Assembly: GCF_004010195.1 (NCBI RefSeq) | Contig: NC_057719.1 | Location: 18,146,157 to 18,210,156, forward strand | Source: Chiloscyllium plagiosum | Lineage: Eukaryota | Direction of reading: 5' to 3' | Length of the DNA: 64,000 bases | Shown here: piece after piece, positions 23,851 to 36,345 of the stretch | Layout of the letters: each line of letters starts with the position of its first letter | How positions within the stretch are numbered: position 1 is the first letter of the stretch | Made by a program: the position numbers and the translations under genes | Notes under the pieces: generated by a model | Told to the model about the DNA's origin: nothing | Database searches by the model: none | What the model saw: only the letters and a program-made list of their open reading frames with translations

Positions 23851-24789
23851 CCATCTTATTGCATGGCAGAGCAAGCTCAATGGGTCTAGTTGCCTACAGC
23901 CACCCCTGTTTTCAATGTCCTTATCATTATCAAAAAAATTGGACAGGATACACTTTATTTTTCTGCAGATAAAAGAACACTGAGAAATGACCTGATTTAA
24001 AATTTGATTGATTAGGTAGATGTAAAAGATTATGTTTCCACATGTAGCAATTTCAAAACTAATGGCTACTTATTATAGCATCATAGAATTATAGAAGGTA
24101 ATCTCATGGAAGGAGGACATGTAGAGCCTGTTGTTGTGCTGCCCATGAAGATGCTATCCAGCCCAATCATATTTCCCAGCTTTTGGTCCAGATGCTGGTA
24201 GCTTGAAGCACTTCAAGTTCAAATGTCCCTGTTTCTTTTTAGATGCAATGTTACTCAGCCTCTAGCATTATTTCAAGCAGTGAGCTCCAGATGTCCATCA
24301 CCACTCTACTCCCCTCCATCCCCCATGTAAAAATGCCTTCTCAACTTCCCAATTACTTTGAATCTATGGCCCATGTGTACAATCATCACTCATAAATCCA
24401 AGTGGGAATTTGGCCTTTAGACAGAAAGTGAACAAAAAACATAAAACATTGAGACAAATCACACAGATGTACTTCAGGGGAAGCTGGGTAAACATATGAG
24501 TGGGAAAGGAATAAAGGGGTTAGTTGTTAAGAACGGGATCAAATAGGGTGGTAGGAGGCATGCCTGGAACATAAACACAAAATAGACCATTTAGACCAAA
24601 TGGCTTGTTTCTGTACTGTAACTTCTATGCAAACATATGGAATAAGTGAACAGCAGTAAAACTAGACTATGTGGTACTGCGTTGAACAGCATTCACAGAT
24701 ATTCATATCTTCATATTGATAAAGAAAAATCACTGTGAAAGTTTACCATTAGGTATCTGGTTATCTGATATTGCCTTACCTCTCTGGAT

Positions 24790-25950
24790 GGTATTATGTT
24801 CTGCTGGTGACCAGCCTCATAGTCAATTGTTACTCTCCTGTGCCTTTGCAATACTCCACATGTGACATTACCAATGTCTTGTACAGCTATAACATGATGT
24901 CCAAACACCTGTACTCATTGCTCTAACCGATGAAAGAAAGCGTTACAAACTCCTTCTTCTCCACCCTGTCTACCTGTGACTTCACTTTCAAAGAACTTTA
25001 TACTTGCACCCAAAGATCTCTCTCTGTTTGACAACATTCCCCTGGTTTATCTGAGCAAAATGCAACACCTCACATTTATCTGAATTAAACTCCATCTACC
25101 ATACCTCAATCCACTGACCCAGCTGACTAACATATTGTTGTACTCTTACATAACCGTCTTCTTTGTCAACTATACCACCAATTTTGTGGTGTCATTTGCA
25201 AACTTAGGAACCATGCCTCCTATATTCCCATTCAAATGGTTTATCTAAATGATGAACAACAGTGGGCCCAAGCACAGATCCTGTGGCATACTGCGGGTCA
25301 CAGGCCTCCGTTCTGTACCAACAACCCTCTGTCATCACCCTCTGTCGCCTATTGTCAAGACAAATTTACATCTAATTGGCTAGCTCTCCCTGCATCCCAT
25401 ATGATCTAACTTGTGGAACCTTGTTAAAGTTGATGTATCACTCTGCCTTCATCAACCTTCTTGGTCACCTCTTCAAAAAAACTCAATCAAATTTGTGAGA
25501 CGCAATTTCCCACGCACAAAGCCATGCTGACGATCCCCAATCAGTCCTTGTCTTTCCAAATGCATGCAGATGCTATTTCTCAGAAATCCCACGAACAAAT
25601 CACTCACACTGACATTAGACTCACTGGCTGTAGTGCCCTGGCTTTTCCTTGCAGCCTTTCTTAAATAATGGCCTCCAGTCTTCTGGCACCTCACCTGTGG
25701 CTGTCAATGATACAAATATCTCTGCTTGGGACCCTACAATTTCTTCCCTAGCTACCCGTAATGTCCTGGGATACAACTGATCAAGTCCTGGGGATTTATC
25801 TTTGTGTATGCATTTTAAGACCTTTAACATCTCCTCTTCTCTAATGTGGACTCTTTCCAGGATAGTACTATTTACTTCCCTGAATTCTTTAGCTTCCATA
25901 TCTTTCTCCACAGTTAACAGTGATGAGAAATATTCATTTTGGATCTCACC
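24790..25950 (-). mobile_element. CR1 LINE ORF2 fragment (RT)
   Basis: NEYFSSLLTVEK...DKSPGLDQLYPRTL...VPEDWR; HLERQGLIGDRQHGFVRGKLRLTNLIEFF. Confidence 0.9.
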
Positions 25951-25974
25951 CATACACTGTTACAGATTTGCAAG

Positions 25975-26575
25975 CTTTTTCAAGGGGAATGGAGTCTAAA
26001 AGGAGCGAAGTTTTGCTAAAAGTATGCAAGACACTAGTCAATTGGAGTACTCTGACCAGTTTTGGGCCCCTTATCCAAGGAAAGGTATATTCAACTGAAA
26101 CCAGGTATGGAAGGATTGTCTTATGGAGAGAAGTTGAGTAGGTTAAGTCTGTACTCATTGGATTTCAAAAGAATGAGGGATGACCATATTGAAATGTGCA
26201 AGGTTCTTCGAGAACTTGACAAGGTAGATGCAGAAAAGTTGTTTTCCCTTCTGGGGCAGCCTAGCACCAGAGAGCACAATTCTGCAACGATGTTGGCACA
26301 CATTCGAGACAGAGATGAGGAGGAATTTCCTGTCTCAATGAGTAAATCTGTGGAATTCTTTACCCGAGAGGGCTATCCAGGCTGGGTCATTAAGCGTATT
26401 CAATGCTGAGGTTGCCAGATTTATAATCAATATTGGAATCGGGGGCTCATGGGGAAAAAGAAAACAGGAAGGTGGAGTTGAAGATTATCAGATTAGCCAT
26501 GATGTCATTGTCTGGTGGAGCTGAGTCGATGGGCTGAATAGACTCCATCTGCTCCTACAGTTTATGGTCTTATGG
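25975..26575 (+). mobile_element. CR1 LINE 3' fragment
   Basis: PGMEGLSYGEKLSRLSLYSLDFKRMRDDHIEMCKVL; TTATGGTCTTATG tail. Confidence 0.88.
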
Positions 26576-27122
26576 TCAAAGTGAAAATTTAGTCCAGCTT
26601 TGTTATGAATAGTCATATGAAACCTGCAGATTGTTCCAAATCACAAGTTACTCTTAAAAGATAAATGTTCAGCATTCACATCTGGAGACATTGATATTAA
26701 AACAACAACTGGAGGGCCATTCCTGCTCTTCATTACTTGGAGCGAAATCAGAAACATGTGTCAAAAGAAAGAGCCTAGGATTTCAGTGTACAAAGTGACC
26801 AGTGGAAATCTTTCCCCAGCAGTGAAAGCTGCTTTTGTTCCACCGAATTTAAATATTGGGAAAGGCAGCTGAAAAATGTGTTCAATTTTATACACCCCAC
26901 AAATGCTATAGTTTAAAATTCCATCAGAAACACTGTCGCTGGAAGGTCTAATCCTTTTTGCCAACACATGTCTGGTATCCCTCAGCTTAGTGGCTGCTTT
27001 GGAAATATACACTACACTCTGCTAAATAATATTTGTGCATTTGTGTGAGAGTATGTCTGTATGAGTGACTCGGTGTATTTTGTGTTTGCAGGATTGAGAC
27101 CATGTGTTTTTGAGTTTGAGTA

Positions 27123-27333
27123 TGAAAAATGTGTTGCTGGAAAAGCGCAGCAGGTCAGGCAGCATCCAAGGAGCAGGAGAATCGACGTTTCGGGCATAAG
27201 CCCTTCTTCAGGACTTCTTCGGGCTTATGCCCGAAACGTCGATTCTTCTGCTCCTTGGATGCTACCTGACCTGCTGCACTTTTCCAGCAACACATTTTTC
27301 AGCTCTGATCTCTAGCAGTCCTCACTTTCTCCT
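27123..27333. mobile_element. PLE family A fold-back with intact hammerhead core on the minus strand (27181-27212)
   Basis: About 80-bp inverted arms; minus strand reads CCTGAAGAAGGGCTTATGCCCGAAACGTCGAT. Confidence 0.85.
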
Positions 27334-27334
27334 T

Positions 27335-27390
27335 ATGTGTGAGTCTGTCTATGAAGGAGAGTGTGTGCATATGCCGATTAGAGAGGAGTT

Positions 27391-27424
<34 letters not shown>

Positions 27425-27530
27425 AATTTATGTGAGTGCACTGCATGTGATTATGTGACAGAGTGTCAATATACATGCGTATATGTACGTGAGTGCGTAA
27501 GAAAACACATGTGCGAGAGTCAGCGTGAAT
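27335..27530. repeat. Degenerate (GT)n/(GA)n simple-repeat tract
   Basis: TGTGTGTGTGTGAGAGAGAGAG... and imperfect GT runs. Confidence 0.85.
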
Positions 27531-27799
27531 TTCTGGCAATTCTTGGCTGAGATGAGGGGTGGGGTGAGAAAAAGAACAATGTTGCCCTGTATTATTATTG
27601 TGTTTGCTTTTGTGCTTCTGTTTGCTGAGTCATACTATGATACTGGCATAAACAACTGCCAATGAGCCCATTGACAATTTTCCAGTCTTCAGCACAGTGT
27701 TTTCAATGGGAGCTGAACATACTTCCCTGTGTGCCTTTTTTTTTTGACTGCACCCTCAGGAGTGCCCGAATTTGCTCAGCATACACAGGTGCATGAACA

Positions 27800-27965
27800 A
27801 ATAGCAGTCTCCAAAGTCCCAGAGGATTGCTCTCTCATTAGAACGAGACAACTGGGGGGTGGTTTAACCAGGCAGTCACCATGCCTCAGGCGAGGGGTGA
27901 GGTCAAGAAGGCAGGAGCTTCATGGTGACCTCAGCTGGTATGGGAATTGAACCCACAATGTTAGT
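27800..27965 (-). mobile_element. tRNA-derived SINE (family 3)
   Basis: B-box complement GGAATTGAACCC; homologous to 35655-35885. Confidence 0.6.
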
Positions 27966-28409
27966 TAGTTCATTAGCTCCGTTAGCTGGGTGTCTGACTT
28001 GCAGCATAGAGTGATGCCAACTCTGCCTCCAGAAATCAACACATAGAAGTGTATCAAAAAGTATTAAGGTCACTCCATTCTCTAAGCATTTCATTGGTAG
28101 AAATCAGGAAGTGTCAGCAAGTTGAACCATGAAATTTGGGTGTTTTACTGAAAATGGAAATTACGATTCACAGATCAAGTAACTTTAAAGTCAATAGCAG
28201 TCAGTTTGTTGGGATGGTTGAAGTAAACATGCCAGCAATTGGGACAAGGATATCCAGAATAAAAACATCAGACTTGAACTAAAGTGCTAAAATGGGAAAT
28301 GAGTATAAATGTGAATAAACATAATCTGCCTCATATGTTGGTAGTCACTTATGCCAAAGTATTAAGTGAGTTTGATTCAGGCTGATCCAATAACCAGCAA
28401 CAAATGACG

Positions 28410-29000
28410 CACATTGAAAGAAATCCCTGCATTTATTTAGCATCATTCTTGAATCAGTTGATGTGCTTTTCCAAGGAATTACATTTGAAATATAGTCACT
28501 GCTGTAATGTTGGTTACACAGCAGCCAATGCATGCATGGCAAGATTCCACAGACAATATTGTATTTTGGTAATAGTATTTGTGGGTTTACCTACAGCACA
28601 TGGACTGCAGTAATTCAAGAAGGTAGATCCCCACTACCTTCTCAAGGGCAACTCGGGACAGGCAATAAATACTGGCCCAGTCAGCAGATGACCATGTTCC
28701 ACAAGTGAATTTATTTTTAACAATCCTGTTTTAGCAATCTGATAGTTCAGGAATAAATGAGGGCCACAACGCCAGGAAGAATTCTCCTTTGAAATTTGTA
28801 CCATGAGATCTTTATTTCACATCTCTCTGCTTGGTCAGACGGGGCCTCAGCTTAACATTTCCATTGAAAGTCAGCACCCATGACAATTCAGGATACCTCC
28901 AGTATTGCATTTGAAATGTCAGCCTATGCTTTGTGCTCAAGGCTCTAAAGTGGGACGTGGAGTTACAAAGTTCGGACTCGATGATGATAAATTTAACATT
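28410..29000 (-). mobile_element. Deu-domain SINE split by a LINE tail (about 28580-28715, +)
   Basis: GCAGCCAATGCATGCATGGCAAG...; GGGGCCTCAGCTTAACATTTCC...GCATTTGAAATGTCAGCCTA. Confidence 0.6.
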
Positions 29001-29649
29001 GCACCACAATTGACTCCAAGGGCAGTGACAAAACATGGTCACAACTGTTCATGGCAGGATCAAAAGGATTTACGATGATGCAGTGGAAATCAAAAAACCC
29101 TAGATGAGACTGAGTAATGGTGTATTATTGTCATTTATAATATTCAAGTCTGACTATGAGGAATGCATCATGAGCACAACGGGTTTACCAATCACTTGCA
29201 ACCTACGCTGCACACTGGGTTGTGAATTCTATTATCTGAGCACTGTCATGAAGCAAAGGCTCTTTGTTTTGCAGACTGGCATTGAGCAACAAACAACATC
29301 AGCAGGGGAGATCTCAGGCATTCAAGTGGCAAGAGCAGTTGGAGGATCTCTAAGGAACACTCCCGCTAATGATGTTGAAGCACTGAGAACCACACTCTGC
29401 GAATCTATTGTTTGGAGACAGTCTCCAGAGAACTGTGTGTAGTTGTGTCATATTTTCTTAAGTTCACCATTGATATAATCTAATACTAAACCCAACACCA
29501 CAATGAAGAATTTTAAATAAAATGATTTCAATTAAATCCTGCGCTTACAACTCCAGTGGTTAATCAGAGATTATTGTAGGTAACTTAGGAGCGATCGTTG
29601 GCTGAGATCCTCTAGCTTGGTTCGCAAGGACTTTTCATGACAAGGTAAA

Positions 29650-29955
29650 CCACATGGTGGCTCAGTGATTAGCACTGCTGCCTCACCGTGCCAGCGTCCT
29701 GGGTTTGATTCCAGCCTCCTATGTGGAGTTTGTATGTACTCCCCTTGTGTGCGTGGGTTTCCTCCCACAGTCCAAAGATGTGAAGGTGAGGTGAATTGGC
29801 CATGTTAAATTGCCCATAGTATTCAGGGATGAGTAGGTTTGGTGCATTAGTCAGGAGAAATGTAGAGTAATGGGTCTGGGTGGGATACCCTTTGGAGGGG
29901 TGGTGTGGACTTGTTGGGCTGAAGGGCATGTTTCCACACTGTAGGAATTCTAATG
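29650..29955 (+). mobile_element. HE1 SINE (diverged)
   Basis: Head, V domain, GAAGGGCATGTTTCCACACTGTAG tail. Confidence 0.88.
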
Positions 29956-31129
29956 TACTCTCTCTCTCATCATAATTTGACATTTAGAACTCTTGTCACA
30001 GTCTTCTGAATCTGTACTCTGTACCTTTTCGTGTCAATATATACTTCCCAAGGTGTAGTGTCCAGTACTGTACATTGTAATTCAGATGAGGGCCAACCAG
30101 AGGTATAGTATAGAAAAATCTGCTAAACATCCAGTCCTTTCCTAAATTACTTGATCACCCTCTAAAAGTTTATTTTATTAGATGGCTATATTGATCAGCT
30201 TCACTCTATTCCATAGTTTTGCTTATTTTTGTTTCTTTTCTTTCTTAGATGAAGATGAACTCCTTCCATTAGCATCTTAAAACAGCACATGGGCAGCAAC
30301 AAAGGTGAAGCTTTTTTCTCTCAGCATTTCTGAGTTAACAGAAATGTATTTAAAGCTAAACAAGTTGATAAAAACATTAATATTTAACCTAGTATAAGTT
30401 CACAAGACATTAATTTAACTAAACTGTTACAAATACCACTGAGAGAAATTCTGTCACAAATATATTTTAAAAAGGTTAATTTTAACAATAATTTTTGTGT
30501 CACTGGTTGCTCAGCTCTGCAATTCAGCATGAAGAAACTTTAGTCTTATCCAACATTTAGAGGGAAGATCTAGACCCCTAGAGGGTGGGAAGTTTTGAGT
30601 ATTTGGATTTGTTACCAAATGGGATTTAGTGTAGTCTCAGACCAGATTGAGTGCAGAAGGGGCAGTTCAGACATTGAAGTCACATTTGAAGCATTCCCAC
30701 AGCTTGTTTCAATGTTTTAAGAGTGCAGACACTCCCAGCCATGTTCTCAAAATGCTATAACTTGAAAGGTTGGAAGCAGAGAGCTCTCCGGGCTGGGAGA
30801 AGTCCAACTGGAGCTCAGCAGTATAACATGCTACAGCCTGGCTCCAGCCTACAGTGTAGTTACCGGTGTCAGACAAACATACAAGTGGTTGTCACAAATG
30901 GATACATTTACAAACTTGAACCTGCCAGTTACTGGCATGCAAGGAAAATGTCCAAAATGAGCAGTTAACAGATTTGCCACCGACATCGTGCTATAAGGCA
31001 AAGCAAAAATCTAGGCCAAAGAGATGAAATAAGGAGACAACAGGAAAATAAATCAAATAATATTGTTTGCTGCATTTGGACCGCCTATGCTCAAGGCTGA
31101 AGTGGATTAGAAACTCTTACAAGCTTCCA

Positions 31130-31662
31130 CCAGCCACGCTTCAATTGATAGCACATTTTCCTCGTATTTATACAATTGTGGGTTTAAGTTCCAATTGGCC
31201 TGAATCTTAAAATCAAAGTTGACACTCTGGTGTAGCACTGAGAATGTGCTGCACTGGTGGAGATGCTGCCTTCTAGTTGAGAAAGAGTCTGTCTGCTCTC
31301 CTTGACATTATCTTGAAGAAGAGCAAGGAATTCGTCACTGGTGTCCTCAATCAATATAACAAAAAACGACTTAGCAAGTTATGAGCACACTGCTGTTGGT
31401 ATGCAAATTGGCTGCTGACTCCAGTGAATTTGACTCAAATGTAAAAGCAAAATATTTTGATCGTTGGAAATTGGAAATGAAAATAGCAAGTCTGGCAGCA
31501 TCTGTGAAATGGTCATATTCGACTCGAAACATTTACTCTGTACTTCTCTCCACAGATGCTGCTGGACTTGATGCTGAGTGTTTCCAGCACTTTCTGCTTT
31601 GTTTCAGTTCAAAAGTACTTGATGGCCCTAAAGAGCTTTGTGATAGCCTGTGGTTGTGAAAG
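31130..31662 (+). mobile_element. Deu-domain SINE interrupted by a PLE family D fold-back (about 31440-31606)
   Basis: TTGAAGAAGAGCAAGG...GCAAATTGGCTGC; tail TTCAAAAGTACTT resumes near 31607. Confidence 0.65.
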
Positions 31663-31919
31663 TTGAAATTTGAATTGAGGTCAAGTACTGTTAAAGGATG
31701 CATCATAGGCCCCTTTATTATAAATATTTTCAATCGACATGTACAGACATGTTGAGCAGGTGGGATTTGAACCTAGGTCTTACTTTGAAGCCCGGCCTTC
31801 TGGCTTTTATTATTAGCTGAGGACATCACCTGTGTGGTTAACTAGTCTCTTGTCCACATCCAATCCATTCCTGAACTTCTGTTCTCACCCTTTTCTTTCT
31901 TCCCTGATAGGTTTCTTCA

Positions 31920-32231
31920 GAGAATCATAGAGTCCCCTACAGCGTGGAAGCAAGCCATTTGGCCCATCGAGTCTACATCGACCCTCCATAGAGCATTCCA
32001 CCCAGACTCACCCCCCTTAACCTATCCTTGTAACCCTACATTTCCCATGGCTAACCCACTTACTCTGCACATCCCTGGACTGTAGGAGGAAACTGGAGCA
32101 GCTATAGGAAACCCACATAAACATGGGGAGACTGTGTAAACTCCACACAGTAAGCCACCCAAGGGTGGATTAAATCCGCCTCTTAGTTGCTGTGAGGCAG
32201 GTGTGTTAACCACTGAGCCACTGTGCTGCCC
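31920..32231 (-). mobile_element. HE1-related V-SINE
   Basis: CTGAGCCACTGTGCTGCCC head complement, V domain, CTCTATGATTCT tail. Confidence 0.85.
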
Positions 32232-34544
32232 TTGGATTAATTCTTGTATATTTTATCATCAACCTGTTCAGAAATGTTATTCCACAGGTAACATCTTGGC
32301 CTAGAAGTAAGGACACTACCATTGCACCATAGAAGTATTTACATTTATGGATGTTTGATATGCCTCAGGGATACTGATAGGTGACACTTGATTCTGTCTG
32401 GGTGACAAATTTTATTCATAGTGCTTGAAGATGTCTAACCCATGCTTACAGCTCCGGCTCCCATCAACTTCTACAGTTTGTTTACTTTTGTCCAACCTAG
32501 GCTTCACTAATGAAGCACATATTGAGCATCAATGACAAATAGACTCGAACAATGAAAGACTGAGCACTTCACCTGTATTCCACTCTGTCAGTTTCTGTAT
32601 TCAAATGATTATCCTCCACCATTTCCACTGCCTGTTGTGTTAAGTCACATAGTGAAAATGAATGTCATATTAAACTACTTTACAGAGTATTAAGAGTTAT
32701 GCACGTGCACTCCCTCACTATTACATCTGCACTAATTATAAAATTTTGGCATTTATGTTCAAACTGAGCACAACGTAGTTGGGTGAGAACTACAAGTGTT
32801 ATTCTGACACAATATGCAATGCTTTTCAGAAATTAGTGTTAAGGTACCTTTTGAAAAAAGTAAAGGGGACTTTATGCTGTATTTGTCTTATGTTCTTCTT
32901 AACTTGGGCACAAAATTAAAATTGTTCAATAGCTGGCCACATTGTATCCTTTCCTGAAAGGGATTTTGCTAATGTAGCTGTAACTGTAATATTTGTACAT
33001 TGTAGTGAGCTGTATTCATGTCTGTTGGATCTTTCAGTACCACATCCTAGTTTCTTATATAATGAGTGCTTCTTTGTCCTTTCAATGCGGCCTTAATTTT
33101 CATTATTCTGCCATTCTCAACTCCTCTGGAGTCATCTTTTCTTTCTTTACTTGTCCCTTTGGTATTCCATTTGGCTATCCCCATCAACGTTTATATAATT
33201 TGTTGCATCTGGTCTTCTGCCCTCTCACTGGTCTTCCCTTTTATTCTTTGATCTGCCCTCCCAACTATTATGTGGCAGAGTGGGCGTGTCCCTACACCTG
33301 GACTAGGACAACCACATTCAAATCCCACCTGCTGCGGGATATGTATAATAACATCTCTGAACAGTTTGATTAGAAAAATAGGTAAAATAAAAATGAAAAC
33401 TATTACATTTCTGAAGTTCCCATGCCTTAAGAAAGGTCATGGTTTAAAATGGTAAGTCGAACATCTCTCTCTTGAGAGACCTGCTGCTAGATCTGCTCAC
33501 ATTTTCTGTTTTTATTTTTCTAAACTGTCCTTTTTTTGACTTGGACGACAAATTTGTTTTGGTTACTTTCCGGCAAGATGCCTTGGGATTTGTTTCTTCT
33601 CTGATAAAGGCAGCACACAAATTCAAATCAAGTGTGTTGGTTATGGAATGAGTTAGCACCAGTGAATCAAATTGAATTTCTTTCACCTTTGTACAGTGAC
33701 ACTTTGAAAGCTGGTCAACTATCACTGAAATGTTAAGGGAAATCTTTCCATTTGTGAACAGTCTGCATGAGACATGATGCAGACAAAGGGAAGTCCTGAT
33801 GTCTTAGACACGACAACTGGGAGAAGCTAATTTAAATTGGGCTGGAGTGGGGACTTGGTGACTAGGTCAGAAATAATTGGTGCTAATAGCTATCAGGTGG
33901 CCCGCTGTTGGTGTAGCGAAAACAAAACATTTAGGCTTGTGTAAGTAATTGGCTTTAAGTGCAGACCCTTGGCTCTCAGAGACCACAGTGGGACCTATTT
34001 ACACAAACAGCTGTTTACCTTGATGCTAAGAGGCTACAGGGAGATTACACATTTGCAAAACAAGAAAGGTCACTTTTATTTGAGACTGTTGGTTGAATGA
34101 TGTTCGATCGATCAGGACTTCTCATTTTAAGGTACTTTGGGAGAAGGCAGCACCTGGATTGATATGTGAAAAATGTTTAAACCAAAGATGAAGTACATTT
34201 CACCTGATGCAGAATGTTTGAATGCTAATAAAACTGGTGAAAGCTTATTTAAACTGGCAACCACAGCAATTCCTAATACTGCTTACCCCTGATAGAATCA
34301 GTAAGAATGTCTGAACTGTATAGTTGAAACTTCTCACAGCAATAAGCTGAGAATAGGAAGAGAGCTGTCTTCACCCCTTGGGCTCTGACATCCCCAATGA
34401 GAAATAGAAGATGCTTGTGCCATGATGTATACACACTTGCTTTTTTAGTCAATCAGACAGCTATAAGCATTACATACAGCCTGGAGACTGGTGATGCTTC
34501 TCATGCTGGTCCATCTCTCAGCTAAAATATAGATTTTTTCAAAA

Positions 34545-35600
34545 CGGAAAGCTCAAACTTCTACAACAGCTTTATCATATTGCTCAGAAACATCCCAAAC
34601 CTGCTACACATACAATTCACCATTTCAAGGCACCATTCATAAAAGGCAAATATGACAACCATTGTGAACACAGCAAGATCCCACAAGCAGAGTCATAGAG
34701 ATGTACAGTACGGAAACAGACCCTTCAGTCCAACTCACCCACGCCAACCAGATATCCTAACCTAATCTGGTCCCATTTGCCAGCACTTGGCCCATATCCC
34801 TCTAAACACTTTCTATTCATATACCCATCCAGATACCTTTTAAATGCTGTAATTGCACGAGCCTGCAACACTTCCTCTGGCAGTTCATTTCATACATGTA
34901 CCACCCTTTGTGTGAAAATGTTGCCCCTTAGGTCCCTTTTATATCTTTCTCCTCTCACCCTAAACCTATCTCTCTAGTTCTGGACTCCCCCATCCCAGGG
35001 AAAAGACCTGGTCTATTTACCCTATCCATGCCCCTTATGATTTTATAAACTTCTATGGGGTCGCCCCTCAGCCTCCGACACTCCAGGGAAAACTACCACC
35101 TATTCAGCTTCTCCCTATATCGCAAATCCTCCAACCCTGGCGACATCCTTGTAAATTTTTTTCTGAACCCTTTCAAGTTTCACAATATCCTTCCAACAGG
35201 AAGGAGACCAGAATTGCACTCAATATTACAAAAGTGGCCTAACCAAAGTCTTGTACAGCCACAACATGACCCCCCAACTCTTATACTCAATGCTTTGACC
35301 AATAAAGGAAAGCATACTTCTTTGCTTTCCTATCTACCTGTGACCCTACTCCATTTAGCTACTGTTTTCCCAGCAGCATTGTTTGAGGGAGAAATACTGG
35401 CTAAGATATTAGAAGAGTTCCCTCCTTCTTCAGATACCAGCATGGATTTTTTGCATCCATTGGAATCATTGGATATGGTACTTGGTGAGAGGCTCTTAGT
35501 TCAATATTTCATCTAAACACAGCTCCTTCAATAGTGTAGACCACCCATCCTGGTTTGCACTGGAATGTAAGGTGCGATTTAAATACAATCAGATAAGTAT
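34545..35600 (-). mobile_element. Deu-domain SINE split by HER1
   Basis: CACAGCAAGATCCCACAAGCAG [HER1] ...TTGAGGGAGAAATACTGGC...GCACTGGAATGT. Confidence 0.6.
34689..35342 (-). mobile_element. HER1 LINE 3' fragment
   Basis: Closely similar to 8615-9155 and 4141-4875. Confidence 0.92.
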
Positions 35601-35654
35601 GATGTGGAATGTGAACAAGCACTAATCAATGATGAAACAGATAACAGAGTCACG

Positions 35655-35885
35655 GCATTGTTGCTGTTGTTGTATCACTATAGTTTTACTAGACCATAAG
35701 GACTGCTCTCTTATTAAAGAGAAAAGCAACTGGTGGTGATTTAACCACCTGACCTCAGGTGATGGAAGAGAGGTTGAGAAGGGGAGCCCTTCATGGTAAC
35801 CACAAACCGGTAATGGAAATTGAACCCACGCTATTGGCATCACACTTCTCTGTAAACCAACAATCTGGCCAACTGAGCTAAATCA
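35655..35885 (-). mobile_element. tRNA-derived SINE (family 3) with (CAA)n tail
   Basis: GCCAACTGAGCTA (A box complement), AATTGAACCC (B box complement). Confidence 0.65.
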
Positions 35886-36242
35886 ATTCCCAACATTGTT
35901 GACCATAGATTAGTCAGTGAACTGTTCTTGTGGAGGTAGTTATGAAATTTGCAGTTCATCTCAAAAATAAATCAAAGACAGCTGATTTTTTTGGCTCCAT
36001 TTTCAATTAGTTTCCTTCACTTCCTTCTGCATTTCCAGAATAAAGCACTTAATAAGGTATTTCTCTCCCTATTCTCCTTTCTCTTAGCCACTCAAGTCAT
36101 GTGGTATGATTTTCACTTCTATCATGTGATATTAATAGGGCAGTAATGGCCTAAAAATTGATTTGGTAACCTTGTTGGTGCTGTTAAAATTGACAAACAG
36201 GCCAGTGAAATTTTATTCCAAAACCTCAGCTACTGAGGCAGG

Positions 36243-36345
36243 AACAAAATCAGAAGTTGCTGGTAAAACTCAGCAGGTCTGGCAGCATCTGTGGAGAGAA
36301 ATCAGAGTTAACGTTTTGGGTCCAGTGACCATTCCTCAGAACTGA
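36243..36345 (-). mobile_element. PLE family D terminal fragment
   Basis: Minus strand: CTGAGGAATGGTCACTGGACCCAAAACGTTAACTCTG. Confidence 0.75.

Noticed and set aside
27123-27333. Fold-backs as pre-miRNAs or TIR MITEs
   Set aside because: Arms are PLE terminal sequence of unequal length, with variable TSDs elsewhere.
33766-34338. Possible solo LTR (TGAG...CTCACA, internal AATAAA)
   Set aside because: No TSD and no second copy in the window; unsupported.
35561-35572. TGGAATGTAAGG matching the 5' end of miR-206/miR-1
   Set aside because: Only 12 nt, inside a Deu-SINE, no precursor hairpin.
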